In this document: positions 1 to 8,878 of the stretch, one piece after another
How positions within the stretch are numbered: position 1 is the stretch's first letter
Layout of the letters: each line of letters opens with the position of its first letter
From: a virus
Taxonomy: Duplodnaviria; Caudoviricetes
Strand: one strand, 5' to 3'
Virus record (IMG/VR): IMGVR_UViG_3300029775_000377
Span: 1-31,095 of that record
DNA: 31,095 nt
Program-made: the position numbers and the translations under genes
The notes under the pieces: generated by a model
Databases searched by the model: none
The model's input: the letters and a program-made list of their open reading frames with translations, nothing else
What the model was told of the DNA's origin: nothing

Positions 1-138
1 TTATGCGCTGTAATCCCCGCCGGTTATCTGCTTGTACTCTGCAGCTGTAATCCAGCCGAGCGTTACGGCCTTTTTAAGCCCTGCCTCCGTGAGCTTGCCC
101 TTGCCGCCGTTATAGAGCCTTAAAAGTGTGTAATACAT
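1..138 (-). CDS. XkdX-family small phage protein (45 aa)
   Basis: MYYTLLRLYNGGKGKLTEAGLKKAVTLGWITAAEYKQITGGDYSA carries the XkdX-type V..GWIT..EY..ITG motif. ATG at 138 overlaps the upstream stop (TAATG), with GGAGGT RBS at 145-150. Confidence 0.85.
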   Translation of the reverse strand: MYYTLLRLYNGGKGKLTEAGLKKAVTLGWITAAEYKQITGGDYSA

Positions 139-536
139 TATGATACCTCCAGTTGTGATAATGTCAGCGCGTTTACCGTGCTTTGCAGCTCCGCTATTTG
201 TAGCTCCGCATATGTAAGCTGTGCCAGCGTGACACAAAGCCTGTCCTCCGTTACCGCCGCCGTTGTAGGCGTCGCCTCGGTTATTGTAACCGGCTTTAAG
301 GCAAACTCTGTACGTATACTGTAGTTGTCGTACTCATACTGCTTGTCGCCGTCTATGACTGTTAGTTTGCCGGTATTGCTTGAGCTGCCGGTTAAAGTGT
401 CCAGCGCGTCAAATGTTGTAGTTGACTTAGCTATCTGTATTTCCAGCGCGTCGCGCTGTGCGCCCTGATGGTATGTAGATTTACCGCTGACGGACAAAAC
501 GTCAAGCGCTGTGCCGTCATTAAACTCGATTTGCAT
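138..536 (-). CDS. Hypothetical phage protein preceding XkdX (132 aa)
   Basis: Clean ORF with GGAGGT RBS, C-terminal coiled-coil-like segment, typical position upstream of xkdX. Confidence 0.75.
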   Translation of the reverse strand: MQIEFNDGTALDVLSVSGKSTYHQGAQRDALEIQIAKSTTTFDALDTLTGSSSNTGKLTVIDGDKQYEYDNYSIRTEFALKPVTITEATPTTAAVTEDRLCVTLAQLTYAELQIAELQSTVNALTLSQLEVS

Positions 537-546
537 AATTTACCTC

Positions 547-1173
547 CTAAATCATTGGAACTCTAAAAGTACCATATTCTGTGGTTGTTATGTCTGCCCA
601 AGTGTTAATTTCGAGCGGCTGTGATTTATCACTATAATATAGTTGCGCGCCAAAGCCGACGTATATTTGAAATTCATCGGATTGGCTCAAATATATACCT
701 GAGCCAAAATCGTATTCAGCGCTTTTTATGCCATCACATCTATGATTATATGACCATACAATAATTTCCGGTTTTTGGAATATTTCGCCTGCATACACCT
801 GTACAAAAATCACTGAATCGCCATCATATGTCATTGTCCCTGAATTAATTATCTCTACATAAAGTGTTATTTTTAAAATGGTAATCCCATCACTAAAAGC
901 AGAGTAAAAACGTGCTCTAGCGTTGTTAAGCGCCTGAGAACAATTTATATGATTTTTACCACTTACTGTATATGCGTTTAAATCATACCAGCCATTGTCA
1001 CTATATGTTACTCGGTATGTAGCTGTCGGCAGTGCCTTATACACGCACCTGTTAACCCCGCCCGTCTTAACCCATGCCTCTTTTATCGGACGCACAACCC
1101 CGTTGACTTTCGCGTATAGTTTCTTGCCCTTGCGGGTCACGCCGCCTACATTATCGTAAATACTTGCACCCAT
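547..1173 (-). CDS. Putative tail-tip / receptor-binding accessory protein (208 aa)
   Basis: N-terminal Y.KV.GV.R.IK..WVK.GG motif typical of small fibre-associated proteins; aromatic, beta-rich, AT-rich C-terminal part; GGAGGTG RBS; follows the fibre gene. Confidence 0.55.
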   Translation of the reverse strand: MGASIYDNVGGVTRKGKKLYAKVNGVVRPIKEAWVKTGGVNRCVYKALPTATYRVTYSDNGWYDLNAYTVSGKNHINCSQALNNARARFYSAFSDGITILKITLYVEIINSGTMTYDGDSVIFVQVYAGEIFQKPEIIVWSYNHRCDGIKSAEYDFGSGIYLSQSDEFQIYVGFGAQLYYSDKSQPLEINTWADITTTEYGTFRVPMI

Positions 1174-1184
1174 TATTACACCTC

Positions 1185-2270
1185 CTACTCATACACGCAG
1201 TATATCTCGCCGTTGGCCACGGTACTGGGTGACGACGTGTGAAACGTAACATACGGTACTTTAGCTGTTCTAGCCGCACTGCCGTCGTAAACAGTGCTGC
1301 CGCTGCTGCCATATCCCGCAGATACAGTTAGCGCGATTGGATTTTTTAACACACTGGGCGATACGTACAGTATTTTGTTGTCTACGTCCGCAATGGCGGC
1401 GACGTAGCTGTTCTTAATCCACGCACCCGTAGTCAGCGCGGAGCCGTTTGTTGTCTTTAAAGTATAGGCCGTGCCATCTATCGTCACGGTATCGCCATTA
1501 GCGTAGGTTGCCGCCCCCGAAAACATCACTGGCACGAACCCAGACGTTGCCGTAAGGCCGGTAAGGACGTAGACGGTGCCGGACTTAGTGCAGGTAAGGG
1601 CGGTTACGTGGGCGGAGGCGTCGGATTTGTGGGTATTAATCAGGTTAAGCAGATTGCCCGCGGTATCCGCGTCCAGCACATCTTTAAGCCCCTCAACCCA
1701 CGCCGTAAAATCGGCCTCGTTGGTCGCTCGGAACTGCGCTAAATCGTCCTGTATCTGATTGTAAAACGTCGTAGTGTCTATATGGTCTACTGTCGCGTGC
1801 ACAATGCCGCAGACGTCGCTGTCAAGCCGCGTGTCGGTGATAAGCGACTGCGTAATCGCCGTCGTGCCGGTCGGTATGCTTATCTCGGCAAGCTTTAAAT
1901 CATATTGCTCGACCGTGCGGGTAATCACCGGCGCCGCCGCGGAGCTTGCGGGCGTGCCCTTAATAACCTGCGCTGTAATGCTCCTATTGTTTATATCCCA
2001 CCGCAGGACAACAATATCAATACGGTTTAATATGCCGTCGGCGTTATCGATTGCCAGCGTCATGTCGCCATCGTTGCGGTAATGATAACCATTAATCCAT
2101 GCCCTCCCGGCGGGCAATGTAACCGCCATGGCGCTGCCGTCCGCCGTCACCGCAAGCTCGCTCTTATATACGCCGTTGCTGATAAACGCCGCAATGTATT
2201 TTGCCAGCCAGTCGGACGTGTACTCACGGTCACCGGACACGTCCGGGAAAAATCCACTTGTTTCTGCCAT
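1185..2270 (-). CDS. Baseplate / tail fibre protein (361 aa)
   Basis: N-terminus SGFF...GDR.Y...GRAWINGY...RID.VVLRWD...LAEI....G...ITQ..ITDTRLD...CG.V is typical of Bacillota siphophage baseplate/fibre proteins; Thr/Gly-rich C-terminus. Confidence 0.75.
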   Translation of the reverse strand: MAETSGFFPDVSGDREYTSDWLAKYIAAFISNGVYKSELAVTADGSAMAVTLPAGRAWINGYHYRNDGDMTLAIDNADGILNRIDIVVLRWDINNRSITAQVIKGTPASSAAAPVITRTVEQYDLKLAEISIPTGTTAITQSLITDTRLDSDVCGIVHATVDHIDTTTFYNQIQDDLAQFRATNEADFTAWVEGLKDVLDADTAGNLLNLINTHKSDASAHVTALTCTKSGTVYVLTGLTATSGFVPVMFSGAATYANGDTVTIDGTAYTLKTTNGSALTTGAWIKNSYVAAIADVDNKILYVSPSVLKNPIALTVSAGYGSSGSTVYDGSAARTAKVPYVTFHTSSPSTVANGEIYCVYE

Positions 2271-3334
2271 TATGTGTCATCTCCTAAATTCAGTGTTTCC
2301 GGCAGCGGTGAGCCACACGTCGGCGTAATCGTCACGACGCCACCCTCGTCGACCTCCTCGACCTCTGTAATGCGCTGGTCAAGCCTTAATCCCCAATTCT
2401 CAAATGATACGATATCGCCCAAGTCCCAATCGGTGAGATACGCAAAATTGCCTGTATCGACGGCGGCCGCGCTGAAGCTCTCCGACACCGCCGCTTCGGC
2501 CAGCTTTTCAAGGCCGCGCTGTATTAATTGTGCCTTGTAATCAGCGCCGGATAAATCGCCTTTTTGTAAGTCTTTAGCGTCTACCCACAGTTCGCGGCGG
2601 TTGACATCGTAGTCCACATTTGGCAGCCCAACTTGTACAATAGTCCGCGCGCTGCCCTCACCCTCACCGCCTACATAAGCGTAATTGGCGTAGCCTGTTG
2701 TATCAAGCGTATATGCTGGGCCGTCGATATTGCCGTACTCCCTACTAAACAGCACATAAGGCCGTGCTGTCTGCGTCACACTGCGGTCAACGCCGTCGTA
2801 AACCTCAAATACCCACTGCTTGTTTGGCACATCCAAACGGACGCGGAACCCAAGCGACGCAGCCTTGCCAAGTGCCTCGATTGCGTACAATATTGTCTTG
2901 TACGTTACCTGCCCTGCCGCGGTAGGTGTATAAACGCCCTCAGTGCCTAAGGCAAGCCTGTTTATAGGCCGGTTAGTAATCGCGTTGTCGGATACAATTT
3001 TGCGCATGGCGTCCTCAACGCTGCCCGTAAAATTGATGGTCGGCGTGATGATACGCCGGTCAAGCATAGAGGATCCCATCCGGCCGGTTGCGGTTATCTC
3101 GTCGCCGCTGGTATCGGACGTTGCAATAGCGACGCCCTCGATAATGCCCGCCTCGGTGCGGTCAAGCCTGTGGATAATGTTTCCCTCTGCCAGCAGCGAC
3201 AGATTTTCACTCGTTGCCGCACAATGCAATTCAAATTCTCCCGGCTCGAAAAACTTCCTGCGCCAACGAAAAGAGCTGTAGCCGTCAATTACGCCTTGCA
3301 GCTCGATATCCGGGTCGTAAATATATAAATCCAT
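2270..3334 (-). CDS. Siphovirus Gp37-like (ReqiPepy6 type) tail hub protein (354 aa)
   Basis: Y.SFRW.RKFFEPGEFEL N-terminus, N.AYVGGEGEG..R, RRELWVDAKD and DWDLGDIV motifs; position after Dit. Confidence 0.85.
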   Translation of the reverse strand: MDLYIYDPDIELQGVIDGYSSFRWRRKFFEPGEFELHCAATSENLSLLAEGNIIHRLDRTEAGIIEGVAIATSDTSGDEITATGRMGSSMLDRRIITPTINFTGSVEDAMRKIVSDNAITNRPINRLALGTEGVYTPTAAGQVTYKTILYAIEALGKAASLGFRVRLDVPNKQWVFEVYDGVDRSVTQTARPYVLFSREYGNIDGPAYTLDTTGYANYAYVGGEGEGSARTIVQVGLPNVDYDVNRRELWVDAKDLQKGDLSGADYKAQLIQRGLEKLAEAAVSESFSAAAVDTGNFAYLTDWDLGDIVSFENWGLRLDQRITEVEEVDEGGVVTITPTCGSPLPETLNLGDDT

Positions 3335-3335
3335 G

Positions 3336-4184
3336 TCACGCCCCCCAATACGCTTGTGTACTTAAAATCGTCACGGACAAGTTGTCAATCCCGCTTGTTG
3401 CGTCATACCGATATAAGTTATCCCCCTAATATGCTTTAAGCCACTTAGGGGGATACGCCATAAGGTTATTGATGTTACTTGTCGCGCCACCGCTTATCAG
3501 TTTGACGCGCTTATTACCATCCGCTGTGGTAATGATAATCACATCCCCAGCGTGCATTGTTGTGTTAATCTGCATTAGCTCGCGACGGTTGACGTCGTAC
3601 AGCGACGGGTTTGTGACGGTACCTGTTGCCCTAAATGTTACCGTAAGCCCCATTGGCACGGCGGACGGATTATTGACGTTACCTATCAAGGTATTAACCT
3701 TTTTTGTCACCGTAAACGGGTCGGTAATTTGCAGCGGAAATCTTATACCGCCTTGCCAAATAGCAAACTGCGTGAGGTTGTCGTCGAGCGCGTAAAACTT
3801 TGGGTCAGGGCAAATGAGGGAAATAGTCGCCGACCGCACCACTCCGGTTTCTTCGGTATCGATTTTCTCAACATAATAATTTGCTTTGCGTCCGCCGCCG
3901 CCATCATAAGCGTAAAGTGCGCCTTTGCTTCGCGGCTGGAAAAAGCTATATAGTTTATCGCGCTGCGCCTGATAGTCGCTGAATATCTCAACGGTAATAA
4001 CAGGGTTCCTCTTATTTGCCTGCGAGCCGTTATAATTTTCCCCGTCCTGCCCGCTGTTCTGCGAAGTGTTCACCGTGTATTCGGCACTGGAAAGCCCGTC
4101 TGTACTTGATAAACGTATCGGGTCGCCGTCGTATGTAAATTCTATTGTTTCGCCCTGTTCATTCTCACAGACAACCTGCTTCAT
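3336..4184 (-). pseudogene. Distal tail protein (Dit, Sipho_tail family) interrupted by an in-frame TAG at 3426-3428
   Basis: Dit motifs (GQDG..Y, L...F.P...G.L, LICPDP.FY, GTVTNP.L). After WLKAY-TAG the frame continues GDNLYRYDATSGIDNLSVTILSTQAYWGA-TGA, the typical Dit C-terminus, ending 1 nt before the next ATG at 3334. Confidence 0.8.
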
Positions 4185-4188
4185 GTAC

Positions 4189-6783
4189 TCACCCTTTCAA
4201 CTTTTTTACGACCTGCTGCAGGCCGTTACGCGTTTGTCGTGCAGTTTCCGCAGCCGATGGTGTTTCGCCTTGAAAATACTGGTAAACCTTAACACCGCCC
4301 GTACTGCCGTCCGTCGATTGCGCCGATGTGCTGCCGCTTGAACTACCTGCCGTAGTTGTAGACGCTGAATATCCTCCGTAAGCCGCTGCCATTGCTGTAC
4401 GCACCCTAACCGAGCTGCTAAAATCAGTCGGAATAGCAGCGGCCATTGCAGCAGTAACAGGCTTCATACTGTCCGTAAATCCTTGCCCGATGCCTAAGGC
4501 CATGAATTTACCGACTTCATCGGCAAGGACCTGAGATGGGGAGTGAATTTTCAAGTTTTTCTTAAAACCTGCTACAATGCCATCACAAAAGCTTTTTATT
4601 TTGTCATGCAGCCAATCTATAGCGCCGTTAATGCCGTCCCAGATACCGGTAACAATGTTTTTGCCTATATCAAGCATTTTTCCAGGCAGTTCCCCAATAA
4701 AGCTCACGACCGTGGACACAAGCTTCGGAATTTCTGTCTGCGCCGTTGTGACAAGGTTTTCCGCCCAAGTTACGACTTTATTTACGGTATCAACTAAAAA
4801 CGTCCATATTTTCCCCGGCAGCTGCTGAATAAACGAAATTACTTTGCTTATAAACCGCGGAACCTCTACCGCAGCCTTTTGGACCATATTGTTTCCCCAC
4901 AGGCCTATCTTGTTTACAACGTCAACGAGGAACGCCCATATCCTGCCGGGAAGCTGCTGGAACCACTGGATAATACCGTTTATAATCTGCGGCAGCTTTG
5001 TGGTGACCCAGCTCCATGCACTCACGCCAAAATTTACGATACTTGCCAGCATGGTACCAAGAGCTAAGCCGATATTATACGGCAACTGGTTAATCCACTG
5101 GATGAAGCTTTGCACCCATTGCGGAATCGTCTGTGTAAAAAACGAGATAATACCGTTCCACAGGTTCGTAAAGAAATCCCCTACCTGTGTCCAAAGGTTC
5201 GACCACCATGCCGGAACACCCGTAAAAAAGGTGACAAGGCTGTTCCATGCCTGCGGAATCGTTACTGTAAAGAACCCTACGATTACGTTTACAACAGTTG
5301 AAATGACAGTCTTGATTCCGTTCCAGATATTTGTTACGGCGGTGCGGAAACCCTCGTTTGTATCCCACAGATGCTTGATACCGACGACAAGAAGAGCAAC
5401 AGCGGCAACAATAGCCACTACTATCCATGTAACAGGGTTTGCCAATAGAGCAGCGTTCATGCCATATTGTGCCGCCGTTTGAGCAAGGGTTGCCGTCTTT
5501 GACATTGCCAATGCGCCAGATAACGCAGATATTCCACTCGCCACTTTACTAATTATTAATAATATCGGGGACACAACAGCGATTACTGCCGTAACTCCCA
5601 AGGCAATTTTTGCCCCGCTTGGGAGATTATCCACTAAACTTTTCAGCACGGGGATAATATTTTTAACCGCCACCGTCACGGAGTCTGCAACCTCTTTTGT
5701 AAGCTTATTGACATCCGCCCCGGACTGCCCTAAACCGGAAACTAAGTTGGTAACGGAGCTTTTTGCTGCCTCAATGCTGCCGGAGATGGTGCCCTCCGCC
5801 TCTTTCGCGGTGGTCCCGGCAATACCCATGTTTTGTTGCATAACGTGGATTGCCTGGATAATGTCAGAATAACTGCTGATGTTAAATTTCACGCCGGCAA
5901 TCTTCCCGGCGTCCTCCAAAAGGCGCTCCATCTCGGTTTTCGTGCCGCCATAACCGAGATGGAGATTGTCCAGCATTGTATAATTTTGTTTTGCAAAGCC
6001 TTGATAAGCTTGCTGAATACTGCTCATGTCCGAGCCCATCTTGTTGGCGTTATCTGACATATCAGTAATCGCCGTGTTTGCATATTCCGCCGCTTTTTGG
6101 GTATCACCGTCAAGAGACTGGATAAGACTGGCTGAGAACCCTGTAACCGTCTCCATGTATTCGTTTGCGGACAGCCCGGCGGTCTTGTATGCCTGGTCCG
6201 CGTATTTTTCAACGGTCCCTGCCGCGCCTTTAAACAGCGTTTCGACACCACCTATTAGCTGCTCTGCGCCCGCATAAGCGCTGACGACTTTTTCCGCCGC
6301 TACTGCCGCACCGCCCAATATCCCAGCGGCAGCGGTGGACATGCCCTTTGTGGCCGTCGCCATTTTCCCCGCGCCATCGGAAACCTTTGAAGCCGCAGTG
6401 GAGACCTTACTGAGCGCGGCATTTACTTTCCCGGCCTGTTCTTCCAAATCCTTGAGTTGAGATTCTGTTTTCTCGACTTCGCGCCGGAACGCTCTGTATT
6501 TTTCTTCACCAATTTCGCCTTTTTGAAATTGCTGCTCTACCTGTCCCTGCGTTTCTTTTAGTTTCCCGAGCTTTTCTTTTGTCGTATCAATTTCTTTAGC
6601 AAGTATAGCCTGTTTTTGCGTCAGCAGTTCAGTGTTACCCGGGTCAAATTTTAACTGCCTATTCACTTCCCGAAGCTCACTTTGCAAATCCCCAGCCGTC
6701 TTGTTGACACCTTTCAGCGCAGAGGAAAGAGGACCGGTATCACCGCCAATTTCGACCGTGATACCCTTGATATTGTTTGCCAT
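4189..6783 (-). CDS. Tail tape measure protein (~864 aa)
   Basis: MANNIKGITVEIGGDT N-terminus, coiled coil, NYTMLDNL.LGYGGTK.EM.RLL block, periodic W/F amphipathic repeats, IHSPS..... C-terminal motif. ATG at 6783 with AGGTGGTGA RBS. Confidence 0.95.
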   Translation of the reverse strand: MANNIKGITVEIGGDTGPLSSALKGVNKTAGDLQSELREVNRQLKFDPGNTELLTQKQAILAKEIDTTKEKLGKLKETQGQVEQQFQKGEIGEEKYRAFRREVEKTESQLKDLEEQAGKVNAALSKVSTAASKVSDGAGKMATATKGMSTAAAGILGGAAVAAEKVVSAYAGAEQLIGGVETLFKGAAGTVEKYADQAYKTAGLSANEYMETVTGFSASLIQSLDGDTQKAAEYANTAITDMSDNANKMGSDMSSIQQAYQGFAKQNYTMLDNLHLGYGGTKTEMERLLEDAGKIAGVKFNISSYSDIIQAIHVMQQNMGIAGTTAKEAEGTISGSIEAAKSSVTNLVSGLGQSGADVNKLTKEVADSVTVAVKNIIPVLKSLVDNLPSGAKIALGVTAVIAVVSPILLIISKVASGISALSGALAMSKTATLAQTAAQYGMNAALLANPVTWIVVAIVAAVALLVVGIKHLWDTNEGFRTAVTNIWNGIKTVISTVVNVIVGFFTVTIPQAWNSLVTFFTGVPAWWSNLWTQVGDFFTNLWNGIISFFTQTIPQWVQSFIQWINQLPYNIGLALGTMLASIVNFGVSAWSWVTTKLPQIINGIIQWFQQLPGRIWAFLVDVVNKIGLWGNNMVQKAAVEVPRFISKVISFIQQLPGKIWTFLVDTVNKVVTWAENLVTTAQTEIPKLVSTVVSFIGELPGKMLDIGKNIVTGIWDGINGAIDWLHDKIKSFCDGIVAGFKKNLKIHSPSQVLADEVGKFMALGIGQGFTDSMKPVTAAMAAAIPTDFSSSVRVRTAMAAAYGGYSASTTTAGSSSGSTSAQSTDGSTGGVKVYQYFQGETPSAAETARQTRNGLQQVVKKLKG

Positions 6784-6807
6784 GTTTTTCACCACCTAAA
6801 AATGGGC

Positions 6808-6843
6808 ATAAGAAAAGGAACCGGATTAACCCGATTCCTTTTC
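6808..6843 (-). terminator. Intrinsic terminator closing the PH-SHOCT moron
   Basis: Minus strand GAAAAGGAATCGGG-TTAA-TCCGGTTCCTTTTC-TTAT: 14-bp stem (two G-U pairs) with a T-rich 3' arm, 18 nt after the moron stop. Confidence 0.8.
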
Positions 6844-6861
6844 AAGCGTCGTATATTAAAA

Positions 6862-7386
6862 TCACCTTGATAGTATCTTTTGTTTTTCTGCTTCAAATTC
6901 CTCTTTGCTCAAGGCCCCGGAATCCATAAGACTTTTTAGCTTAATCAATTCATCCGCGGCGCTGGAATTTGCATATCCGGCTTGTGTGCTGCTCGCCTTG
7001 TGACTTTCGATCTGCTGATGTACAGCGTCAACAAATGGCGATACTGCTTCTTTTGAAATATTCGTAATTTCCATTTTTGCGGCACCATCCCAAATAGCAA
7101 CTCCCCCTAATAGCAATCCTTTTTTCTGCTCAATCGAATTAATTTTTTCAATCGGAGTTTCCCGTTGCTTAAGGCCATATAGCATCCCCTTGTCGAGAAA
7201 TAATACTCTTTTTTCAGTGCAAACAATAAGCCACGTGTTGCCATCCAAAATGCCGGAGCACAAAGCTTTAATGTGCTCATCGTCATTAAGAATATTAGAC
7301 AATTCCTTAACTTCCTTTTTTGTTCCCCACATATCCTTAGTAGGAAGAGCTTGTATCTCTGCCTTAATATCTTCTAATTTACGCAT
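6862..7386 (-). CDS. Bacterial PH-domain (YokE/bPH-like) plus C-terminal SHOCT domain protein (174 aa); moron
   Basis: KKEVKEL..IL..DEHI....SG..DGNTWLIVCTEKRVLFLDKGMLYGLK..E.P..KINSI is a bacterial PH domain; SAADELIKLKSLMDSGALSKEEFEAEKQKIL is SHOCT. AT-richer than the flanks, with AAAGGAG RBS. Confidence 0.88.
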   Translation of the reverse strand: MRKLEDIKAEIQALPTKDMWGTKKEVKELSNILNDDEHIKALCSGILDGNTWLIVCTEKRVLFLDKGMLYGLKQRETPIEKINSIEQKKGLLLGGVAIWDGAAKMEITNISKEAVSPFVDAVHQQIESHKASSTQAGYANSSAADELIKLKSLMDSGALSKEEFEAEKQKILSR

Positions 7387-7417
7387 AATTTAACACGCTC
7401 CTTTCAATTTTAGTTCC

Positions 7418-7446
7418 ATGATAGGACAATTCAAAGTGCGTGTCAA
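7418..7446 (-). promoter_or_regulatory. Sigma-A/70 promoter of the PH-SHOCT moron
   Basis: Minus strand TTGACA (7446-7441), 17 nt, TATCAT (7423-7418). Confidence 0.85.
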
Positions 7447-7459
7447 TGCCGTTACACTA

Positions 7460-7738
7460 TCACTTCTTTCCAAAATATTGCCGCAGCATTTTTCTGTCCG
7501 GTTCCGTCTGCTCTGCGGCCCAGCAGCGTTCCAAATAATCCCGGCCTCCCTCGGTTTGCTGGCAAGCGAATATCACGGCCTCGCGAAGCAGGAACCAATA
7601 GGAAAAAACGTCAAGATTCTGTACTTCAAAAATACTGATTCCAGCATAATCGGCAACAATTTTATCGTTGCCTGTTATAGCTGTATAATGCCCCTCGTTT
7701 TTTCCGCCTTCCGGGCACGAGGGGACTGTCAGTTTTTT
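7460..7738 (-). CDS. Tail assembly chaperone frameshift extension (gpT-like part of a gpGT fusion)
   Basis: The -1 frame relative to the chaperone reads KKLTVPSCPEGG...KIVADYAGISIFEVQNLDVFSYWFLLREAVIF...TEGGRDYLERCW..EQTEPDRKMLR; no convincing own RBS/start. Confidence 0.8.
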   Translation of the reverse strand, partial: KKLTVPSCPEGGKNEGHYTAITGNDKIVADYAGISIFEVQNLDVFSYWFLLREAVIFACQQTEGGRDYLERCWAAEQTEPDRKMLRQYFGKK

Positions 7739-7740
7739 TT
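7691..7740 (-). other. Programmed -1 ribosomal frameshift signal
   Basis: CAG AAA AAA AAC TGA: slippery heptamer A AAA AAC (7738-7732), 7-nt spacer, then 8-bp stem CCCCTCGT (7724-7717) / ACGAGGGG (7698-7691). Confidence 0.85.
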
Positions 7741-8049
7741 CTGCTTTTCCTTCCCGACCCATGCCATATAGGCCATGAGGATACCTGTAAGCTGGTCAAT
7801 GTCTAAATTATCGACATACTCATTGGGGACAATATATCCGGCTTTATTTTTGCTCAATATAGAGCGCACAGCTTCTTTAAGCTCTGCAACGGCGTCCTCC
7901 TCAGACGCTTTTGCGACAGCGGTAAGTTTGCCGAGCTGCTTTACAGTGGGCGGCTCCAGCTGTAACTCTAATTTGTGCATCCCCTCGTCGTCCTCGACGG
8001 TCAGCCGGATGTCAAAATACCTTTTTGCAATCTGCGAAACATCAAACAT
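7729..8049 (-). CDS. Tail assembly chaperone (gpG-like, 106 aa)
   Basis: Directly downstream of the major tail gene, ends in KKN at a slippery site; AGGTGG RBS. Confidence 0.85.
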   Translation of the reverse strand: MFDVSQIAKRYFDIRLTVEDDEGMHKLELQLEPPTVKQLGKLTAVAKASEEDAVAELKEAVRSILSKNKAGYIVPNEYVDNLDIDQLTGILMAYMAWVGKEKQKKN

Positions 8050-8059
8050 TCATACCACC

Positions 8060-8878
8060 TTACGCTTTCGCTGTCACTGCGCAGATGCCAGCCTTGACTG
8101 CTGCGCCTGCGTCATCAACCTCGGCAACGGTCAAAATATCACCAGTAGCCGCCTTAATGTCGGACGTACCGTCCCATTCAGCCCAGCCGGTCAATGTAGC
8201 GCCAACAGCTGGCGTCTTCGCACCCGTGGAGCACCTGTAGCTATTCCCGGATGCCGGTTCCGGTGTGACCGTCAGCTTTGTCGTCCCCGTTGTGCTGCCG
8301 GCGATGGAAGATACCGTCAGCCCGGATGCTTTCACCGTGTCGCCGAGAACTTCCTCGTCATAGATAATCAGTGTGCCGTCGCTGTCACTCGGCTGTGCAG
8401 TCGCTTCGAGGTCAAGGTTTCCGGCGTCGTCCTGTTTGTAGGTCAGCGTGAAGCCACCCGTTGCTGTACCAACAACGGTAATGCGGACGTCTCCGTATTT
8501 GTCATCCGGATGTACTAAACGGAACAGCCACAGTTTGTTAGATGCATATTTCAGGCCGCCGATTTTTACCGTCCGACGCCCAGCGGTCTCTGTAATCCGT
8601 CCGGAAGCGCAAAACACATCGAGGTTTGCGGAAGACCAGGCAATCAGCGACGCTTTCAGCGTAACCTGTTCTTCCGTGATTACTGTACGGCTAAGCGTTC
8701 CGTAATCGTCTTTGAATGTCTTACTAGTGGGCTTGTACTGCACCGTAGCGCCCTTTTCGACGTAGCCGAGACGGTTATCGTCCGTCTCAATCGCAGCGTC
8801 GGCAGGGACGGCGCCGGTAAAGGCCACAGCGTAAATATAGGCACTGCCAACCGGAATTTGAATAATCTTATCCGCCAT
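8060..8878 (-). CDS. Major tail (tube) protein with C-terminal Ig-like decoration domain
   Basis: NRLGY...GA...YKPT.....DD.G, GRRTVKIGG, DVRITVVG....GF and D.DGTLI.Y.EE motifs; ~88-aa C-terminal extension with W..WDG; position before the chaperones. Confidence 0.88.
   Translation of the reverse strand: MADKIIQIPVGSAYIYAVAFTGAVPADAAIETDDNRLGYVEKGATVQYKPTSKTFKDDYGTLSRTVITEEQVTLKASLIAWSSANLDVFCASGRITETAGRRTVKIGGLKYASNKLWLFRLVHPDDKYGDVRITVVGTATGGFTLTYKQDDAGNLDLEATAQPSDSDGTLIIYDEEVLGDTVKASGLTVSSIAGSTTGTTKLTVTPEPASGNSYRCSTGAKTPAVGATLTGWAEWDGTSDIKAATGDILTVAEVDDAGAAVKAGICAVTAKA

Noticed and set aside
547-2270. Diversity-generating retroelement or invertible tail-fibre cassette
   Set aside because: No reverse transcriptase, invertase, template/variable repeat pair or flanking inverted repeats were seen in the window.
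4650-5350. Periodic W/F repeats in the tape measure protein
   Set aside because: A normal feature of tape measure proteins, not a separate repeat element.
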